Assembly: GCA_029938555.1 (NCBI GenBank) | Contig: JAOZUR010000010.1 | Location: forward strand, 1-62,277 | Source of the DNA: Candidatus Sabulitectum sp. | GTDB lineage: Bacteria > Fermentibacterota > Fermentibacteria > Fermentibacterales > JCC-6 | DNA: 62,277 nucleotides | Direction: 5' to 3' | In this document: piece after piece, positions 58,771 to 62,277 of the stretch | Position numbering within the stretch: position 1 is the first letter of the stretch | How the letters are laid out: every line of letters starts with the position of its first letter | Made by a program: the position numbers and the translations under genes | Notes under the pieces: model-generated | Databases searched by the model: none | What the model was told of the DNA's origin: nothing | Seen by the model: only the letters and a program-made list of their open reading frames with translations

Positions 58771-59487
58771 TCATCTACTTGCTGGATAAAAAGAATAAGC
58801 ACTAGAATGGTCTCGATTAATACATGCGTTTACTGTAACTGTGTAAATACCATGGGATTCCGAACTATTTTCCAATGGTACATTTACAGCCAGAGCCAAT
58901 GAACCGTTAGCAGGAGATTCTCCTAGCCAGGAATCGCCAGCGGCAACAGGCAAATCTGAGCCTACTTTGAAAACAAGTTGACCTGATGTGGCGCCGGGAA
59001 CCAAAGCAACGGAAGATGAGAACTTATCCTGTCCGTCTGGAGTAGAACTTCCTGTTTCAGTAAAAACAAAACCACTGCCATGCAATGAAAAAATATCTCC
59101 CTGCTCCAGTACTATTCCTGTATCAATCCATCCTAGGGCAGCATCCACGGAAAAAGTCTCTTGTAAAAAATCTGAATCCATCCAATCTACCTGGTAAACT
59201 GAATCTTCAGGAACCGAAAAGGCACCTGATTCAAAAAAACCATTAGAAGCTAAAATTTCACCGACAAATGAACTTCCATCTAAACACCAGACCCTACCGT
59301 AATCTGGAATATCAACAGAACCAGTAGAAAAAATTGCCTTTCCTGATTGGATTGATAAGAGCTCTCCAGTTAAAACAGTACCATCAGCAGCTACCAGAAC
59401 ATCCATCGGTTCACTTGAGCAACCAATGATAAAGGTAACTGAAAAAACAGTAAAAAATATGATAGAAATTCTATTCAATCTTATCAC
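58771..59487 (-). CDS. Hypothetical lipoprotein with a possible LecA/PA-IL-like C-terminal domain
   Basis: Lipobox IIGC; GWIDTGIVLEQGD...G.LVFKVG...GSLALAVN. Confidence 0.6.
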   Translation of the reverse strand: MIRLNRISIIFFTVFSVTFIIGCSSEPMDVLVAADGTVLTGELLSIQSGKAIFSTGSVDIPDYGRVWCLDGSSFVGEILASNGFFESGAFSVPEDSVYQVDWMDSDFLQETFSVDAALGWIDTGIVLEQGDIFSLHGSGFVFTETGSSTPDGQDKFSSSVALVPGATSGQLVFKVGSDLPVAAGDSWLGESPANGSLALAVNVPLENSSESHGIYTVTVNACINRDHSSAYSFYPASR

Positions 59488-61774
59488 CTCTGATGATTAG
59501 AAGTTCCATTGCCTGATTTATGTTGGCGATTGGGACAAACTCCAGAGCATTCCTCTGCGCTTCTGGTACATCTTCCAGATCTCTTACATTTTCCTGTGGA
59601 AGCAGAATTCTCTTGATTCCAGCTGCAAGTGCACCTAAAACTTTTTCTTTAACTCCGCCTACTGGAAGAACTTTTCCACGAAGGGTAATCTCACCTGTAA
59701 CCGCAGTAAGATTATGAACAGGGTCTTCACTAAGAGCACTAAGAATTGAGGCAGTTATTGCAACTCCCGCAGATGGTCCATCTTTTGGGGTGGCCCCAGC
59801 AGGAACATGAATATGTATGTCAAACTTTGTAGGATCATTGCGAAGGTCTTGTTTGTTTGCTTTTATCCAGCTTAATGCGGCTTTTGCAGACTCTTTCATC
59901 ACATCACCAAGCTGACCTGTGAGTATTAACGAACCTTTTCCAGGAAGAAGAAGGGTTTCAATCATTAGAATCTCTCCTCCAACTGCAGTCCAGGCAAGAC
60001 CGGTAGAAACACCTATTTCCGGTTTAGCAAGACTTGATTCGCGGGAAAATTTCCAAGATCCAAGGTACTCAGGTACTGTTTTCTCAGTAACAATCAATAA
60101 GCTGTTAGTACCACTAGCTACTTTGACCGCATGTTTTCGACAGATAGCACCGATTGACCGTTCCAGTTCTCTTACGCCTGCTTCTCTTGTATACCTTTTT
60201 GCAATACAACGAAGACCACTTTCCCGGAATCTAATTAACTTACCAGAGAGGCCGGTTCTATCTACCTGTCTTTTAACAAGATATCTTTTCGCAATTTCAT
60301 ATTTATCATCTTCTGTATATCCTGGTATTCTGATAATCTCCATACGATCTAACAGAGGGCTTGGTATAGTATCGAGCGTATTTGCTGTGGTAATGAATTT
60401 AACTGCACTAAGGTCAAAAGGTGTGTTCAGATAATTATCTCTAAATGCATAATTCTGTTCTGGGTCAAGAACCTCTAAAAGAGCAGATGTGGGATCTCCA
60501 CGGAAATCTCTACCTATTTTGTCTATTTCATCAAGCATGAATACAGGATTTGATGTTGCAACTTCTTTGAGACCCTGAATAATTCTACCGGGCATGGCTC
60601 CTATGTATGTTTTTCTGTGACCTCTTATCTCAGCTTCATCATGAACTCCACCTAAACTAAGTCTGAAAAACTTTCTTCCTAGTGCCCTTGCTATTGACCT
60701 TCCCATGCTGGTTTTGCCAACACCAGGAGGGCCTACAAAACAAATAATGGGTGCTTTACCGTCTGGATTAAGTTTTCTTACTGCAAGAAACTCTAAAACT
60801 CTTTCCTTCACGTCTTTCAAGTCATAATGATCCTCATTAAGAATTCTATCGGCTTCTTCAATGTCTAAACGATCTATTGTTCTATCCATCCAAGGAAGCT
60901 GCAATATCCACTCGATATAACTCCGAGCAACCCCAGCTTCAGGGGAACCGGGATGAAGCTTTGAAAGACGCTTAAGCTCTTCCTCAGCAGCTGTAGCCGC
61001 AGATTCAGGAAGATCTTTTTTTGCAAGCTTCTCTGTAAGTTCAACAACATCAGGATTTAGCGAATGACCACCAAGTTCCTTCTGAATTACCTTCATTTTT
61101 TCTTTGAGGTAGTATTCTTTCTGATCCTGCTCCATTTCAACACGAACCTGACCCTCAATGTGCTCACGGAGTTTTAGTCTCTGTATTTCGTAGTTCATCA
61201 TGGATCTAAGCAGTCTGAATCTCTTGATGATGTTGTTCTCTTCTAGAAAAGTCTGCTTCCGTGGTACAGAAGCTTCAAGTCCACTGGCTGCAACAAAGCT
61301 CAATTTCTCAGGATCACGAAGAAGAGTAATAAGCTGCAATTCATCCGGTATTCCTGGAGTAAGCTCCATTATCCTCCGCAATTGCATTTCTACAGATCTA
61401 CGCCAGGCTTCCAGTTCATCAACATCATCTGGGAAAACTGTATTCAACCTCTCAACACGAGCACTTGGTATGTTGTCAATTTCCAATTCTTCCAGAATTT
61501 TGAACCTGTAAAATCCCTTCAGCGTAACTCGAATAACATCCCCTGGAAATCGATACAGCTTCAATATTCCAGCAGCAGTACCTACTTTGTATTTTTCACC
61601 ATCTGGCGACTCTGCAACCACACCTATGATTTTATCACTGTTAACAGAATAATCAATCATTGCTATCATGTCTGGATCTGTTACAGTGAGAGGTAATGCT
61701 GTATAAGGCATAAGAATGCCCTGATTAAAAATATGAATGGGTATTATTTCAGGAATATCTCCACCTTTAATCAT
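59471..61774 (-). CDS. lon: ATP-dependent Lon protease
   Basis: GPPGVGKTS, EIRGHRKTYIGAMPG, LDEIDK, catalytic PKDGPSAG, GGVKEK. Confidence 0.97.
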   Translation of the reverse strand: MIKGGDIPEIIPIHIFNQGILMPYTALPLTVTDPDMIAMIDYSVNSDKIIGVVAESPDGEKYKVGTAAGILKLYRFPGDVIRVTLKGFYRFKILEELEIDNIPSARVERLNTVFPDDVDELEAWRRSVEMQLRRIMELTPGIPDELQLITLLRDPEKLSFVAASGLEASVPRKQTFLEENNIIKRFRLLRSMMNYEIQRLKLREHIEGQVRVEMEQDQKEYYLKEKMKVIQKELGGHSLNPDVVELTEKLAKKDLPESAATAAEEELKRLSKLHPGSPEAGVARSYIEWILQLPWMDRTIDRLDIEEADRILNEDHYDLKDVKERVLEFLAVRKLNPDGKAPIICFVGPPGVGKTSMGRSIARALGRKFFRLSLGGVHDEAEIRGHRKTYIGAMPGRIIQGLKEVATSNPVFMLDEIDKIGRDFRGDPTSALLEVLDPEQNYAFRDNYLNTPFDLSAVKFITTANTLDTIPSPLLDRMEIIRIPGYTEDDKYEIAKRYLVKRQVDRTGLSGKLIRFRESGLRCIAKRYTREAGVRELERSIGAICRKHAVKVASGTNSLLIVTEKTVPEYLGSWKFSRESSLAKPEIGVSTGLAWTAVGGEILMIETLLLPGKGSLILTGQLGDVMKESAKAALSWIKANKQDLRNDPTKFDIHIHVPAGATPKDGPSAGVAITASILSALSEDPVHNLTAVTGEITLRGKVLPVGGVKEKVLGALAAGIKRILLPQENVRDLEDVPEAQRNALEFVPIANINQAMELLIIRGDKIE

Positions 61775-62124
61775 AAATTATTGTTTCCCTTATCCTGCAC
61801 AGATACAACGACACTAACTGCTTTTTCTTTTACAAGCTTGATGTGCAAAACACCCAATTTCAATTCAGCAGATACATTTTCCGTATCAACTCTACTGGGA
61901 AGATATAACTCCCTCTGAAATTCACCTGTTTGAATCTCGATAGCCAGTGCTGTTGCCCTGTGGCAAAGTTTTTTTTTGACTCCCCATATCTTCACAACAC
62001 GGGGAGTAATTTCCAGCTCAAAATCGTCAGAGCCAACTCCTGGAATCTCTACATAAACATCAAACCCAAAAGCAGTAACATATACATCACAATGCAGAAT
62101 CCAGTTATCTGAGTTTCTATACAT
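61771..62124 (-). CDS. Hsp20/alpha-crystallin family small heat-shock protein
   Basis: EIPGV, GEFQRELYLP..VD...VSAEL..GVLHIKL; overlaps the lon start. Confidence 0.85.
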   Translation of the reverse strand: MYRNSDNWILHCDVYVTAFGFDVYVEIPGVGSDDFELEITPRVVKIWGVKKKLCHRATALAIEIQTGEFQRELYLPSRVDTENVSAELKLGVLHIKLVKEKAVSVVVSVQDKGNNNL

Positions 62125-62127
62125 TAT

Positions 62128-62277
62128 TTACTGAATATCAAATCTAACTGAAACTGTGGTTGAAACCTCAACAGGAACACCGCCCTGGGTGGCAGGATTA
62201 AATATCCACTGCCTAACAGCGGCCTCTGCAGCAGCTCCACAGCCCAATCCCAATTCATCCGAAACAACAGATACATT
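62128..62277 (-). CDS. TonB C-terminal domain protein (5' end outside window)
   Basis: Hand translation NVSVVSDELGLGCGAAAEAAVRQWIFNPATQGGVPVEVSTTVSVRFDIQ* matches the TonB_C pattern AA..AV..W.F.PA...G.PV. Confidence 0.85.
   Translation of the reverse strand, partial: NVSVVSDELGLGCGAAAEAAVRQWIFNPATQGGVPVEVSTTVSVRFDIQ

Overview
An AT-rich, gene-dense core-chromosome segment from an apparently anaerobic, diderm bacterium. T9SS-type C-terminal domains, a PorV-like barrel and TWxx[IL]K-tailed proteins suggest an FCB-superphylum candidate lineage such as Fermentibacterota, but this is inference only. Contents in order: ugd (partial), selAB, a complete rnfCDGEAB operon, nrdR, three tRNAs (His-GTG, Lys-CTT, Arg-TCT), a sigma-70 factor, a cysteine desulfurase/DUF3343 pair, envelope genes (dacB, foldase-like), efp/aroQ, an S8 protease paired with a PorV-like/OmpA fusion, folD, rplU, rng, a radical SAM fusion, purLQS/purB, an IspH-UbiA fusion, uvrB, archaeal/spirochaete-type pheST, a secreted caspase-like protease, xerD, a LysM protein, lon, hsp20 and a partial tonB. 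I found no CRISPR array, transposase or prophage. The most notable observations are: (1) two unrelated secreted proteins sharing a C-terminal L-x3-TW[AG]x[IL]KxxF tail, a candidate sorting signal; (2) a barrel + two PGF-pre-PGF-like repeats + OmpA fusion next to a type-B-CTD protease; (3) two conserved genes that appear to start at CTG; (4) a single-chain tandem PurS. All domain calls come from motif recognition by eye and need HMM or structure confirmation.
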